Virus record (IMG/VR): IMGVR_UViG_3300021185_004515 | Length of the DNA: 64,000 nt | Source: an uncultured virus (IMG/VR IMGVR_UViG_3300021185_004515) | Lineage: Duplodnaviria > Heunggongvirae > Uroviricota > Caudoviricetes | Strand: one strand, 5' to 3' | Part shown: positions 9,282 through 18,909 of the stretch, piece by piece | Layout of the letters: each line of letters begins with the position of its first letter | How positions within the stretch are numbered: position 1 is the first letter of the stretch | Program-made: the position numbers and the translations under genes | Notes under the pieces: model-generated | Databases searched by the model: none | What the model was told of the DNA's origin: nothing | Seen by the model: only the letters and a program-made list of their open reading frames with translations

Positions 9282-10223
9282 TTACAAATTCATAATTTCC
9301 CATTCATCACGGGAGATGATGTTGAAGGTCATGCCTTGATTGAGTTGATAGCGATTGCGGGCTCCTTCATCTCGTTGAAACATTTGGAAAGTTTTTCTGT
9401 GAGAGTGAGATAAGGTATTTAAGAATTCTTCCGTTAAGTAGCAATCTCCGTGGCGGGCCACTAATAATTCCGAAACCTGACTCATAATTTCTGGGTCTTG
9501 GCTAAGATTTCCTAATTGTCCTTCCCAGTGATTTTTGATAACTAATGGACTCTCTACGGATAAACAACGAACTCGGTAGTCGGCCTTAACCCATTGAAGC
9601 ATAAGTTCGGTATCTTCTGCCAGACGAAAATCTGGGGAAAACTGGTGAGTGTCTACACATTTTCTACGACACATGAGTCCTGAAAAGTAAGCCGCTGCAC
9701 GGAACCAAAAATGCTTTTGTAATTCGGCAGGTAAAAAGTTGATGATTTCATAACACTGTAAGTGATTGTGCATAATTTTCTGCATACCAATTTCAGCAGG
9801 TATTCCCAAGCGTTGTAATTCCAACAAATGGGTAGAACTAATGCTACTTAGAATTTCTGTGACCCAAATATCGGCTTCTTCTGTTTCCAAGGCTTGTGAC
9901 ATCAAAGATAGATACAAGGGATGCCACAAATCATCAGAATCTAAGAAAGCAACCAACGGATTAGAACTGGATTCTAACAATTGATTACGGGCGGCTGCGA
10001 CACCACCTGTGCGAGTCTGTCGCTGATAATTCCAACGAGAACCGAATGATTCAGAATATTCTGCTAACAGTTGTTGATAGGAATCCCAACGAATCCAGTC
10101 TTCGGGTGTGTCATCACATATCCATAACTGAAAATCCTGTGTGGATTGATTTAGGACTGAATCTAATGTGGCTCGCAATAAGTTAAGAGGTGTGGAGCGA
10201 ATCGGCATGATAATATCAATCAT
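9282..10223 (-). CDS. Glycosyltransferase family 2
   Basis: IIMP, ICDD, GVAAARN, FLDSDD, AEDT motifs. Confidence 0.9.
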   Translation of the reverse strand: MIDIIMPIRSTPLNLLRATLDSVLNQSTQDFQLWICDDTPEDWIRWDSYQQLLAEYSESFGSRWNYQRQTRTGGVAAARNQLLESSSNPLVAFLDSDDLWHPLYLSLMSQALETEEADIWVTEILSSISSTHLLELQRLGIPAEIGMQKIMHNHLQCYEIINFLPAELQKHFWFRAAAYFSGLMCRRKCVDTHQFSPDFRLAEDTELMLQWVKADYRVRCLSVESPLVIKNHWEGQLGNLSQDPEIMSQVSELLVARHGDCYLTEEFLNTLSHSHRKTFQMFQRDEGARNRYQLNQGMTFNIISRDEWEIMNL

Positions 10224-10254
10224 AATGGTAGTTGATACCGTTACCTATTTGAAA

Positions 10255-10935
10255 CTAACCAAAGAGCGACCCTAATCCCTCAAACCCTAAATTACCATCT
10301 ATGAATTCAATGTAATTGTTTATCATCGGCAAACAGAAAGATTGCCACTCTGACATCTGCTTGGGTAAAACCTGTTGCACACCGTCCTTAAAACCGTGGG
10401 CTACTGCAATAGATTCAAAACTTTCTACAGAAAATAGTTCTCCACCGATAATAATAAAACTGAGTATGGCTTGTGAAAAATTGTGGAAGAGTATGCCCGA
10501 AGCAAACCCATCAAAAGTGATGTTGGGTTGTCGGCCCATCCCTATGCTTCTAATCCAATCATAAAATTGTTCGCCCATATCAACAGCAGAGGTTCTGTTT
10601 CTTTGCTCATCGTTTAAGTAACGAACTTTGAGAGATTCTTGATTGTCGTCAAACCATTGCTTCATTTCTGAAAATACGGCTGTTTGAAAGTAAGAAAATG
10701 TTCTCCAGTCAGAATCTTGAGCCATAGCACTCCAGAACTTTGTTCCTGCCCAAGCAATCATATTTGCTTTGAAATTCTCAAAATACTCTGACTCTAAACC
10801 TGTGTTCTCATCGTCAGTTACGATTTCTGGCAAACTGCTCATAAAGTTCAGTAGAAATTGACTAAAACTCTCTGTGTTTTGCCAAGTGTGAGGCATTGTA
10901 GGTCGTTGAAGCCAATTGATGGGCGTAGGCAACAT
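10255..10935 (-). CDS. Hypothetical protein (start set by TATA spacing)
   Basis: Long ORF; TATA at 10958. Confidence 0.65.
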   Translation of the reverse strand: MLPTPINWLQRPTMPHTWQNTESFSQFLLNFMSSLPEIVTDDENTGLESEYFENFKANMIAWAGTKFWSAMAQDSDWRTFSYFQTAVFSEMKQWFDDNQESLKVRYLNDEQRNRTSAVDMGEQFYDWIRSIGMGRQPNITFDGFASGILFHNFSQAILSFIIIGGELFSVESFESIAVAHGFKDGVQQVLPKQMSEWQSFCLPMINNYIEFIDGNLGFEGLGSLFG

Positions 10936-10967
10936 GGTTGTGTGTCTGATACACACCTATTTAATGT

Positions 10968-11159
10968 TTAGGGTTGGCTTAGTGCTGAAGCAATTAGATT
11001 ACTTCCCACATTTAACATCACAACTCCGCCTAAAACACCCATGCCATATGACAAAACAGGTGCTTTATTACGATTTACCAAAAGCAAATTCAAATGAAAT
11101 GCTGATACGGCTAATCCTGCGGTGATAAACCCGATGCCCAGTTTGGCATCACGCTTCAT
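10968..11159 (-). CDS. Small two-TM protein
   Basis: Hydrophobic hairpin; GAGG SD; downstream of capsid gene pair. Confidence 0.65.
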   Translation of the reverse strand: MKRDAKLGIGFITAGLAVSAFHLNLLLVNRNKAPVLSYGMGVLGGVVMLNVGSNLIASALSQP

Positions 11160-11455
11160 ATTGATTCCTCAATGTTCTCTGTTAAATCTGCCAGAGATTG
11201 TCGCAAATCATAGCACTCATCTAAGTTCCAACGCTTCTTTAGATATTCTGTGGAGGCTCCAGCGATTAAACTTGCGCCGACAGCAAGCACACAGATATTA
11301 AACAGTTCTTGACCAGAAGGTATTCGGAGATTGTTTATGAAGCCTTTGAAGGTTCCATCGGATTTACCCAAAGAATACATTACTGCACCTTGAATAATGT
11401 CAGAGGCGCATAACACGCCAAACAGAACCAAAGAACTTTTCAATTGTGGATGCAA
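11156..11455 (-). CDS. Small two-TM protein
   Basis: Hydrophobic segments; GGAGG SD. Confidence 0.65.
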   Translation of the reverse strand: MHPQLKSSLVLFGVLCASDIIQGAVMYSLGKSDGTFKGFINNLRIPSGQELFNICVLAVGASLIAGASTEYLKKRWNLDECYDLRQSLADLTENIEESI

Positions 11456-11456
11456 A

Positions 11457-11693
11457 TTACTTGCCTCCTGAGTGAATTGCTATATATCCTCCGATTGCGA
11501 CTCCAACTCCAGCCATAGCCAGAGCAGGAACAATCTGAAGCACTTGAACATTAGCGGGAACAAAGAAATATTGTCCGATTCCCCATCCAACAACGAATCC
11601 AGTTAAGGCTCCGAATTGGATTTTACGAGCGTCGGCTTCTAATCCCATGTCAGTCACATTCCTGTCGCAGAACCTTACGGCCCCCAGAATCAT
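11457..11693 (-). CDS. Small two-TM protein
   Basis: Gly-rich hydrophobic hairpin. Confidence 0.65.
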   Translation of the reverse strand: MILGAVRFCDRNVTDMGLEADARKIQFGALTGFVVGWGIGQYFFVPANVQVLQIVPALAMAGVGVAIGGYIAIHSGGK

Positions 11694-11755
11694 TGTCACG
11701 GCCTAACCGTGTCTCATCTGAGGGCTAAGGCCCACATTTCACCAGTTTAGCGAAC

Positions 11756-12406
11756 TCACATTCCTTGAGCGGAAAGGAGTGAACGCTTATACCAGTCCAC
11801 ATTTCCTGGGTTGATGGAGATACCCATTTCCAACAACTTGTTGGCGATGAGTGCATCAGGTCCGTCGTAAAGTGTGTATTTGGTGAATGCGTAGTGGTCT
11901 GCACCAGTAGCCGCTCCCCAAGAACCTGCGTTGAAAGCAGTGTAAAGGATGTCCCAAACTTGTCCTGGCAACACATATACATCAGGGTATAGGTTGAAGG
12001 AAGGCTGGAAATCAAGGGAACGAGGGTAAGGGCTTGCGCTACCTGGGATACCTTGGTTTGCAACATTGTCAGGGTCAAGGAAGTAGTCCGTGGTGTTGAT
12101 ACGAACTTGCACATAGGCACGAGGACCGAGTGTTCCGTTTCCTGGGGCGAAATCACCGAGTTGTCCTCGGTAATCTGTTGAGACAGTAGCCGCTGTTGAA
12201 GTTGCTGGCAAAGTTGGTGTGCAAGCGATGTCTTCAATGACAACGAATTCTGTGGCGGTTGTTTCTGCTGGCTTGGTAATGTTGTTACCGAATCCACCGA
12301 TAAAGATAGATACTGCTCGTCCTGCTTGCGCTGCGACGAAGTTGTTTGCGGTTACACCATTTGGCCCGAGGCCGTTCCATTCATAAATTTGACTTCTCAT
12401 ACTCAT
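11756..12406 (-). CDS. Putative major capsid protein A (single jelly-roll-like)
   Basis: Paralogue of the neighbouring gene with long identical blocks; eight alternating-hydrophobic strands incl. LYPDVYVLPGQV; C-ending codon bias suggests high expression. Confidence 0.6.
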   Translation of the reverse strand: MSMRSQIYEWNGLGPNGVTANNFVAAQAGRAVSIFIGGFGNNITKPAETTATEFVVIEDIACTPTLPATSTAATVSTDYRGQLGDFAPGNGTLGPRAYVQVRINTTDYFLDPDNVANQGIPGSASPYPRSLDFQPSFNLYPDVYVLPGQVWDILYTAFNAGSWGAATGADHYAFTKYTLYDGPDALIANKLLEMGISINPGNVDWYKRSLLSAQGM

Positions 12407-12451
12407 AATAATCACTTTCCATAGTTAGTTTTCCTCAAAGGAATTCCGAAC

Positions 12452-13108
12452 TCAGACTCCTCCGTTAGTTGGGGCCATTGCAGCACGGGTTTGTTGCTCA
12501 ATGAGGGAACGCTTATACCAATCAACATTGTTTGGATTGATGGTGACACCAAGTTCCAAAAGTTTGTTTGCGATGAGTGCATCTGGGCCATCATAAAGAG
12601 TGTATTTCACGAAAGCAGCGACAACTTGAGTAGTTGTGCCGTTCATGGCTTCGTTGATGCTGTAAAGAATCTGGAAAACTTGACCAGGAAGAACATAAAC
12701 ATCTGGGTAGAGGTCAAAAGACTTCAAGAGGTTGTCCTTGGTGTAGGTCAAAACGGTTCCTGCAACTGCAACAGAGGAAGGAGAACCACGAGGGTAAGGA
12801 CTTGCAAGACCTGGGATACCACGCTGACGGGTAACATCTGGGTTCTGGAAGTAATCAGTGGTGTTGATTCGGATTTGGACTGAGCCACCGAGCCAAGGAG
12901 AACAAGCGATGTCCTCAATAACGATAAACTGCGTTGCAGTTGTTTCGGCTGGCTTAGTGATGTTATTACCGTATCCGCCGATAAAAATATCAATTTCTTG
13001 TTGGCTTGGAACGGTAACAGGGATGTCACTTGTTGTTCTTCGTAGGCTTGAAGTTTGACCCGTAGGTGCGAGGTTACTCCATTCATATACTTGGCTTCTC
13101 ATACTCAT
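12452..13108 (-). CDS. Putative major capsid protein B (single jelly-roll-like)
   Basis: Shares MSMRSQ, GNNITKPAETTAT, VIEDIAC, RINTTDYF, KYTLYDGPDALIANKLLE, NVDWYKRSL with gene A; TATA at 13165. Confidence 0.6.
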   Translation of the reverse strand: MSMRSQVYEWSNLAPTGQTSSLRRTTSDIPVTVPSQQEIDIFIGGYGNNITKPAETTATQFIVIEDIACSPWLGGSVQIRINTTDYFQNPDVTRQRGIPGLASPYPRGSPSSVAVAGTVLTYTKDNLLKSFDLYPDVYVLPGQVFQILYSINEAMNGTTTQVVAAFVKYTLYDGPDALIANKLLELGVTINPNNVDWYKRSLIEQQTRAAMAPTNGGV

Positions 13109-13162
13109 AATAATCACATTTTATTGCACAGTGTCTGTGTCTAATATTATATGGTATTTTTG

Positions 13163-13176
13163 ACTATATAAGGTTT
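13163..13176 (-). promoter_or_regulatory. TATA box of capsid operon (CCTTATATAG), leadered transcript
   Basis: TATA variant about 57 nt upstream of ATG 13108, with GTGAT SD. Confidence 0.65.
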
Positions 13177-13179
13177 TAC

Positions 13180-13836
13180 CTATTTCGGAGGATTTTGGAC
13201 AATTTTGTTTGGGTTGAAGGGGTAACTACTCCAGTTGATAAATGAGTTTCCATAAGAATATGTAGTAATTGGTGGGGCAATCATATTAACAAATACTTGA
13301 ACATCCATCTGAGCACGAGTCATAATTAGTGCGGTCCGACCACCACCAACTAATAAAAATACATTGCCATCACTCCAAATCCAATAAGTGTGGCGGCCAC
13401 GAGTAATAGAAAGAGTTTGTTTTCCACGAGTAGATTCAAACCACTCTGAAGCAGAGAGGTATTTTTGCTCGGTAGCGTAATGTGGAATCCCAGTTTTTTG
13501 TAAATTGGCGTAAGTGGCTAACCATTCACCATCTACAATTGGATAGTAATCTGGGGCCATAGCAGCCACGGCTTGGTCCCAAGTTTCAATAATTTCATTT
13601 ATCATCTGCCGTTCCGCTGCCTCAACATCAACCTGCCATGAATTAGCACGATATACTCCATCGTAATCAATAATGTCTCTGCCGCTTTGGTAGCCGTTAA
13701 TACATCCAGGATATTTTTCCCTCAATTCTCTCACAATTGTTGCTCGGGTATGAGAATCATCTCCTGAATAAGCAGGAACGGAAGAATTAAAAACATTAAG
13801 AAAGAATGTTTCCAGACTATCTTGGAAGAATTTCAT
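13180..13836 (-). CDS. Hypothetical protein
   Basis: ORF in operon; start uncertain. Confidence 0.6.
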   Translation of the reverse strand: MKFFQDSLETFFLNVFNSSVPAYSGDDSHTRATIVRELREKYPGCINGYQSGRDIIDYDGVYRANSWQVDVEAAERQMINEIIETWDQAVAAMAPDYYPIVDGEWLATYANLQKTGIPHYATEQKYLSASEWFESTRGKQTLSITRGRHTYWIWSDGNVFLLVGGGRTALIMTRAQMDVQVFVNMIAPPITTYSYGNSFINWSSYPFNPNKIVQNPPK

Positions 13837-13850
13837 GGGTAATACCCACT

Positions 13851-14573
13851 TCACTTCTTGTTATAGAGTTCCTTAGCACGGTTGTAAAGGGCAGAGCCTT
13901 TGCGAATAGGTTCAAAGCCTGTGATTCCCAAATCTTTGCGAGCCATACCGACTGCACCAGACCAAGATGAAGCACCTTCGGCCCTCTTGCTCATGCGCCA
14001 TGGCTTGTCTTTACCCTTTGGCTTAGATGTATCGGTGGACATCTTGGTTTTTGGCTTACGGGAAACTCGCTTGGTAGTAAATCTCTTTTCCATAGCGGCT
14101 TCATCAATTTCTGCGGCGAATGATTCGCTGGCAGTTTCAGTTCCTGCATCAGAAACATCATATCCATCAGGAGATGCTGTGGCTTGAGGGGTGTATGATT
14201 CGGGAGATGCTCCTTCCATAGTGGCAGGGCCTCCTTCAGCAGACAGTAACTTAGAATCCGTTTTGATAACAATTCCCATATCGTCGCCCAAATCTTGGAC
14301 AAATCCAGCCAGGTTAGAAACAACAGGTAGTTCTACCACACGGTCTACAACAGGAGTCTTTCGCATCTTGCCGAGCAAAACACCAAGACCCATAGTAAGA
14401 GGAACGATTCCCATAACACGGCCAACAGTTACATCCATACCGCCCAATAGTGGGAGTTGTGATGGTAGTGAACCGATTCGGTAAGCCAAGACATCAGAGA
14501 AACGAGTGCTAAAAAATCCTGCTCCAATCAATAAGAGAGAGCCGCCGACTGTCCAATCATTCAAAATCTTCAT
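13851..14573 (-). CDS. Two-TM protein with C-terminal DVNP-like basic module
   Basis: N-terminal TM hairpin; LSAE, FAAE, KRAE; ends WSGAVGMARKDLGITGFEPIRKGSALYNRAKELY. Confidence 0.75.
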   Translation of the reverse strand: MKILNDWTVGGSLLLIGAGFFSTRFSDVLAYRIGSLPSQLPLLGGMDVTVGRVMGIVPLTMGLGVLLGKMRKTPVVDRVVELPVVSNLAGFVQDLGDDMGIVIKTDSKLLSAEGGPATMEGASPESYTPQATASPDGYDVSDAGTETASESFAAEIDEAAMEKRFTTKRVSRKPKTKMSTDTSKPKGKDKPWRMSKRAEGASSWSGAVGMARKDLGITGFEPIRKGSALYNRAKELYNKK

Positions 14574-14583
14574 AAATATCAAC

Positions 14584-14835
14584 TCACATAGGTAGTTCAA
14601 AGGCTGCGCCAGAGCGAGCCTCAATACTGAATGGGTCTACGCCAGTCAAAGTAGCGACACCCATAAGGAGAGGAACAAGTCCCATGGTCTTACCCCATGT
14701 CCAGTTCAATCGTCCTGTGAAGCCCCAAGGCTTGGTCATCCAACTTCGTTCTGTTGTAAATCCGACGAAAATTGCGCCTGTGAGGAGCAAAGAGCCGCCG
14801 ATAGTCCATTTGTTAAGTAGTGTTCCTTCAATCAT
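14584..14835 (-). CDS. Small two-TM protein, paralogue of the N-terminus of the 13851 gene
   Basis: LNKWTIGGSLLL...GKTMGLVPL vs LNDWTVGGSLLL...GRVMGIVPL. Confidence 0.75.
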   Translation of the reverse strand: MIEGTLLNKWTIGGSLLLTGAIFVGFTTERSWMTKPWGFTGRLNWTWGKTMGLVPLLMGVATLTGVDPFSIEARSGAAFELPM

Positions 14836-14849
14836 ATTATTCACCTGTT

Positions 14850-15944
14850 TTAAATTTGTCCCATTACGGCTCCAGAACCTTCTGCGCTAACCATGTGACG
14901 GCCAACGACTCCAGTTTTTGCACCTTCGGCGTAATAGAATGTGACTCCACGGCCAGAATTTCCCGCAGAGGGCATAACATGGCTGAGGTAAGTATCTGAC
15001 TCAGCAGATGTTCCTGGTTTGACATAGGAACCGAACTCATCATAGATACTACCTGTTTGAGTAGCGTAAGCATTTCCTGAAACACTCATTGTTGCGGTTT
15101 CAGCACCGTATGAGACAGGAGGTTGAGTGGATGCGCCACCTGGGTAACGAGATGCGACGAAAGAATTGCGGCCACCAAGACCTTCTGCAACTGCTCCTCC
15201 AACATCTACTGAGTTGATGTAAGCACCGAGTTCATCTTCCACAGGGGAATTAGTAGTTGAAGATTCTGGGTTTCCTCCGCCATAGGCTTGTTCAACTCCA
15301 CCAGTAGGTGAAACTTCTTCTGCGCCAAGGTTAAAATCGGCTCCGTGTCCGAGAGGTGAGCGAACCATATGAGAATACATTGGCTCTTTGCCCATGCCAC
15401 GCTGCTTCATAGATAGTGTAGCCGCAACGAATGGCTCTTGGTCACCAGCAAATTCTCCTGCGGGGGTTGTTCCTGCATCAGATTCCACAGGTTGCATTTC
15501 TCCGCCTTCTGCATTCTTGATGTCAGAGTAGGAATATCCTGCACCTTCTGGGGTGATACCTTGTTGTCCGATAACACTTCCACTACCAGATTGAGGTAGT
15601 GATTCAGTAGCCATCATTAGTGGAGCAAAGTTTCGGAAGAAAGGCACATTAAGTAGTGTCAGGGTTTGTCCCAATCCGTATGCGATTAGAACAATACCGC
15701 CTGTCTTGGAAGCAGCAGCAAAATCAGCACTCATTTTCTGGGAGCGAACCAATAGTGCGCTACCGATTCCTAAAGTGGTTAGAACACGAAGTCCATTACC
15801 GACTACTCGGCCAGCCTTGTAAAAAGGAATCATTGTCAGGGCAATCCCTGTTACATTCGCCACAATTACACCCGCAACTCCCATATAGGTGCTACGGTCT
15901 GTGAGGGTGGACATGGTATCGTCTACTACATTTGCGGTCATCAT
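14850..15944 (-). CDS. Three-TM protein with AE-delimited low-complexity modules
   Basis: N-terminal TMs; KNAE, LGAE, YGAE, TSAE, YYAE, VSAE; TATA at 15968. Confidence 0.75.
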   Translation of the reverse strand: MMTANVVDDTMSTLTDRSTYMGVAGVIVANVTGIALTMIPFYKAGRVVGNGLRVLTTLGIGSALLVRSQKMSADFAAASKTGGIVLIAYGLGQTLTLLNVPFFRNFAPLMMATESLPQSGSGSVIGQQGITPEGAGYSYSDIKNAEGGEMQPVESDAGTTPAGEFAGDQEPFVAATLSMKQRGMGKEPMYSHMVRSPLGHGADFNLGAEEVSPTGGVEQAYGGGNPESSTTNSPVEDELGAYINSVDVGGAVAEGLGGRNSFVASRYPGGASTQPPVSYGAETATMSVSGNAYATQTGSIYDEFGSYVKPGTSAESDTYLSHVMPSAGNSGRGVTFYYAEGAKTGVVGRHMVSAEGSGAVMGQI

Positions 15945-15959
15945 GTTTATTATCTCCGT

Positions 15960-15978
15960 GTTTTTGCTATTTAAGTTT
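15960..15978 (-). promoter_or_regulatory. Archaeal promoter (AAACTTAAATAGCAAAAAC)
   Basis: Consensus motif 23 nt upstream of ATG 15944. Confidence 0.85.
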
Positions 15979-15980
15979 GT

Positions 15981-16814
15981 CTAAAAAGACCTTGATGTGC
16001 GAGTGTAATTTCCTGCATCGGCCATCTTGGTAGGTGGGCGGTTAATCAGACCCGCAGAATTCTGATTAAATCCAGTTGCTGCTGTGTTTTGATACACTTG
16101 AGCACGGCTAACTGGTGCTGGAATAATTGAATCTCCCATAAAAGTATGATTCTTTTGCTTGGTGACTCCACCATAGGTTTCGGCCAAATTCATTTCCATT
16201 TGTCCGTTGTTAAAATTGCTGGCAGACATAGGAGTGGTTCCTGCAATATCTCCTGTGGTAGACATAACAGAAGTATCGGCTACTGTGAGTCCTTGTTGGT
16301 AGGCTTCAATAGACATATCTCCATTAAGGGTAGAAACCACACGGTTAGCAATAGCCAACTTGGTTTCGTGAGTAATGTTTTCGTCGGTTTCCAAAGCGGT
16401 GAGGAATCGGTGAGCCGAACCTTTTCCGTATTTGACAATAGAAATTGAGTTGTTATTTTCTGGCTTGTTATTGAGTCTACGCCAGAAACGACCTAACAAG
16501 GATGGTTGGTCTTCAACAGGCGCAATACGAGAAAGACTCCACTTGCTACCATCGGGCGACCAGTTTAGTTGCATATCTCCAAAGTCAGCGGCGAAAGCAG
16601 GAACAATTGGAGCAGGTTCTCGGAGCGTAGCGGTAGCGGCGGAATTGGGGCGCATAACTGCCACAGTCTCTCCGAACATATCATTAACATTTTTGAGGGT
16701 CTGAGGAAGTGCCTTGAGTGTGTATCCAGCACCCATGTTTTCTTCTACGCCGTGCATAGCCGAGTCCATTGGTGAACGCTTTAGTTCTCGTTGAATAGCC
16801 AAATCAAGATTCAT
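15981..16814 (-). CDS. Hypothetical protein
   Basis: AGGAG SD and TATA at 16850; FAAD/NLAE motifs. Confidence 0.7.
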   Translation of the reverse strand: MNLDLAIQRELKRSPMDSAMHGVEENMGAGYTLKALPQTLKNVNDMFGETVAVMRPNSAATATLREPAPIVPAFAADFGDMQLNWSPDGSKWSLSRIAPVEDQPSLLGRFWRRLNNKPENNNSISIVKYGKGSAHRFLTALETDENITHETKLAIANRVVSTLNGDMSIEAYQQGLTVADTSVMSTTGDIAGTTPMSASNFNNGQMEMNLAETYGGVTKQKNHTFMGDSIIPAPVSRAQVYQNTAATGFNQNSAGLINRPPTKMADAGNYTRTSRSF

Positions 16815-16862
16815 CTTTAAGACTCCTATGTTTTTATCGTGGTTCTTGCTATTTAAGTTTAT

Positions 16863-18002
16863 TCAGAAAACAGCATGACCGTTTCGGGGGAAAATTGTTT
16901 CGGCATTCAGCACAGTGGGGTCTGTTTTGGCTCGGCTTCCTGTGTAAGTATCATATTTTGCGGCTTTCTCGGCATCATTCCAAGTATCAGTAATTCGGGA
17001 GGGTGCCTCAGAAGGAAGGTAATGTTTGACAACTCGGCCTCCTGAAACCTTGGCAATATTCCAATCGTCAATCTTCCACTGAGGGCATTCTGAAGAGCAA
17101 TCGGAGTTATCAATAAAAACAAAATCTGGGACAGTATAAGTAATAGTTTCAGTGAACTCACAAGTCTCTAACCAAGATTCTCCTTTGCCTCCGTGGTCTC
17201 GGTCCATCATGAGTGTCAAGTCTAATTCAGCCCAACCACTTCCCAATAATTCAAAAGCATCGCTGCTAACTCCGAATCGGTAATAGGTGGTATTTCCTGA
17301 ATTCCAAGTGTTGTCTAAAAAGAGTCCATTGTAATTATATTCCTTCTCATCTCCTTTCCAAGTTAAATTTGCCTTGTAACCTGTTCGGGGAGAAATTTCA
17401 ATATTAGCAAATGCCAAACCACTTCTAATTCCTGATGGGACAGCATCCCAACCATATGACCCTCCGCCACTGCTCTGACATTTTCCTGCGCCTTGCTGAC
17501 GAATCATGCCTTGAACTTCAATAGTAAAGTAAAATCGTTTATCTTGAATCGGCTTAGAATTTTTCTGGGGACGAACTCTAATTGCGGCTCCACCCTTCAT
17601 GGGTCGGATAGGTGAGCAATAACAAGCAATGTCTTCGTCGGTGAGTGCATTTCCGCCTCCTTGCCAATCATAAGATTTATCTTGGCTGTTGTTGTCTCCA
17701 AACCAAGCAAAGGTAGTGGCTAAATAGGGTTCTAAACAATTAGCCGAACATTCGGCTACGACTGAATCAGGACAGTATTCTTCTTCAGGACTCCATCCAC
17801 AACTGGTGGAGTAAAGATTGTTAGAACCTGTGATATATTCTAATCCTACTCTGGCACGAGAGCCCCAGCGAGGTTTGTTATCACTTAAACTGGAATTTCC
17901 AGTATCATCATCTCCAGAACTTTCTGGAGATGTGGTTTTAGAATAGAGCCAAGCGGCAGTTCCGAGAACTCCTGCTCCTGCGATAAGCCATGAGTTATCC
18001 AT
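16863..18002 (-). CDS. N-anchored Cys-rich, beta-rich protein (possible surface protein)
   Basis: N-terminal TM, many Cys/Trp/Gly, LNAE near C-terminus. Confidence 0.7.
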   Translation of the reverse strand: MDNSWLIAGAGVLGTAAWLYSKTTSPESSGDDDTGNSSLSDNKPRWGSRARVGLEYITGSNNLYSTSCGWSPEEEYCPDSVVAECSANCLEPYLATTFAWFGDNNSQDKSYDWQGGGNALTDEDIACYCSPIRPMKGGAAIRVRPQKNSKPIQDKRFYFTIEVQGMIRQQGAGKCQSSGGGSYGWDAVPSGIRSGLAFANIEISPRTGYKANLTWKGDEKEYNYNGLFLDNTWNSGNTTYYRFGVSSDAFELLGSGWAELDLTLMMDRDHGGKGESWLETCEFTETITYTVPDFVFIDNSDCSSECPQWKIDDWNIAKVSGGRVVKHYLPSEAPSRITDTWNDAEKAAKYDTYTGSRAKTDPTVLNAETIFPRNGHAVF

Positions 18003-18008
18003 TAACCA

Positions 18009-18869
18009 TCACCTTCGGCGCAATAGCATCAAAGGTGCAATCAAAGCAACTCCACAAGCGGCAATAAGAGCATAAGGTGTGGGTGTTGGTTCATCACGGG
18101 TAGATTGCATTTCTTCAATCACAGAAATTGCTTCGGAAGCATTGCGAGGAATAAGAGGTAGTATTTCCATAGGTGGGGCTCTTTCTAATTCACGGCGGGT
18201 GCTTTCAACATCGCCATGATTATAATTTAGTCGGCTCCAAAGTGCGGCACCAATTTTGATTTGCCAAGGTTCGGCAACTGTGCGTCCACCATTAGCAGCC
18301 TTAAGAGATGCTTCAACACGGCTCAAACACATTTGTCCTCGTAGGTAATCGGGAGAGTGATTATCTGGGAACAACCATGCTTCGTATTCGGCTAAAGGCA
18401 TTGAGGCAACACGCTGACTCATAGAGTGTGCAGAATAAATTTCTCGGTATTGGTCGGGGGAAACTTCTGGTGCTTGGAATGCTTCTGGTTCTTCAGGAAC
18501 CATCACTTCTGGTTCAGCAGGTTCTGGAACGGCTTGCCAAGGCTCTTCAGTTTCTGGGCCAGCAGGTGTGATTTCATCTCCAGGAATTTCTGCGGCAACA
18601 TCCATTGCAGGGCCAGCAGGTTCTGATTCTTCTGATTCAGCAGATTTACCTTCCTTTTTAGCCAAGATTGCCTTTTGCAATGCTTCGGGGAGATTATTTT
18701 TCTGATTTTCAGTTAATCCACCTGTATCTTCAGATGCTTTAATTTCGGAAGTGACCTCGGCGGCCTTGTTGGTTGCTTCAGAAGGCAACTCATTAACAAT
18801 TTCAGTATTGGTCTTACTCAGGGTATCCTGCAAATCAACCAATTCAGGTGTTAGGACATCCTCTGCCAT
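18009..18869 (-). CDS. Tail-anchored acidic protein
   Basis: GLTENQKNNLPEALQKAIL motif, Pro/Glu linker, C-terminal TM + RRR; TATA at 18892. Confidence 0.75.
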   Translation of the reverse strand: MAEDVLTPELVDLQDTLSKTNTEIVNELPSEATNKAAEVTSEIKASEDTGGLTENQKNNLPEALQKAILAKKEGKSAESEESEPAGPAMDVAAEIPGDEITPAGPETEEPWQAVPEPAEPEVMVPEEPEAFQAPEVSPDQYREIYSAHSMSQRVASMPLAEYEAWLFPDNHSPDYLRGQMCLSRVEASLKAANGGRTVAEPWQIKIGAALWSRLNYNHGDVESTRRELERAPPMEILPLIPRNASEAISVIEEMQSTRDEPTPTPYALIAACGVALIAPLMLLRRR

Positions 18870-18909
18870 GCTCTATAATTAGGGCTGCTGATATTTAAGT
18901 TTAATCAGT

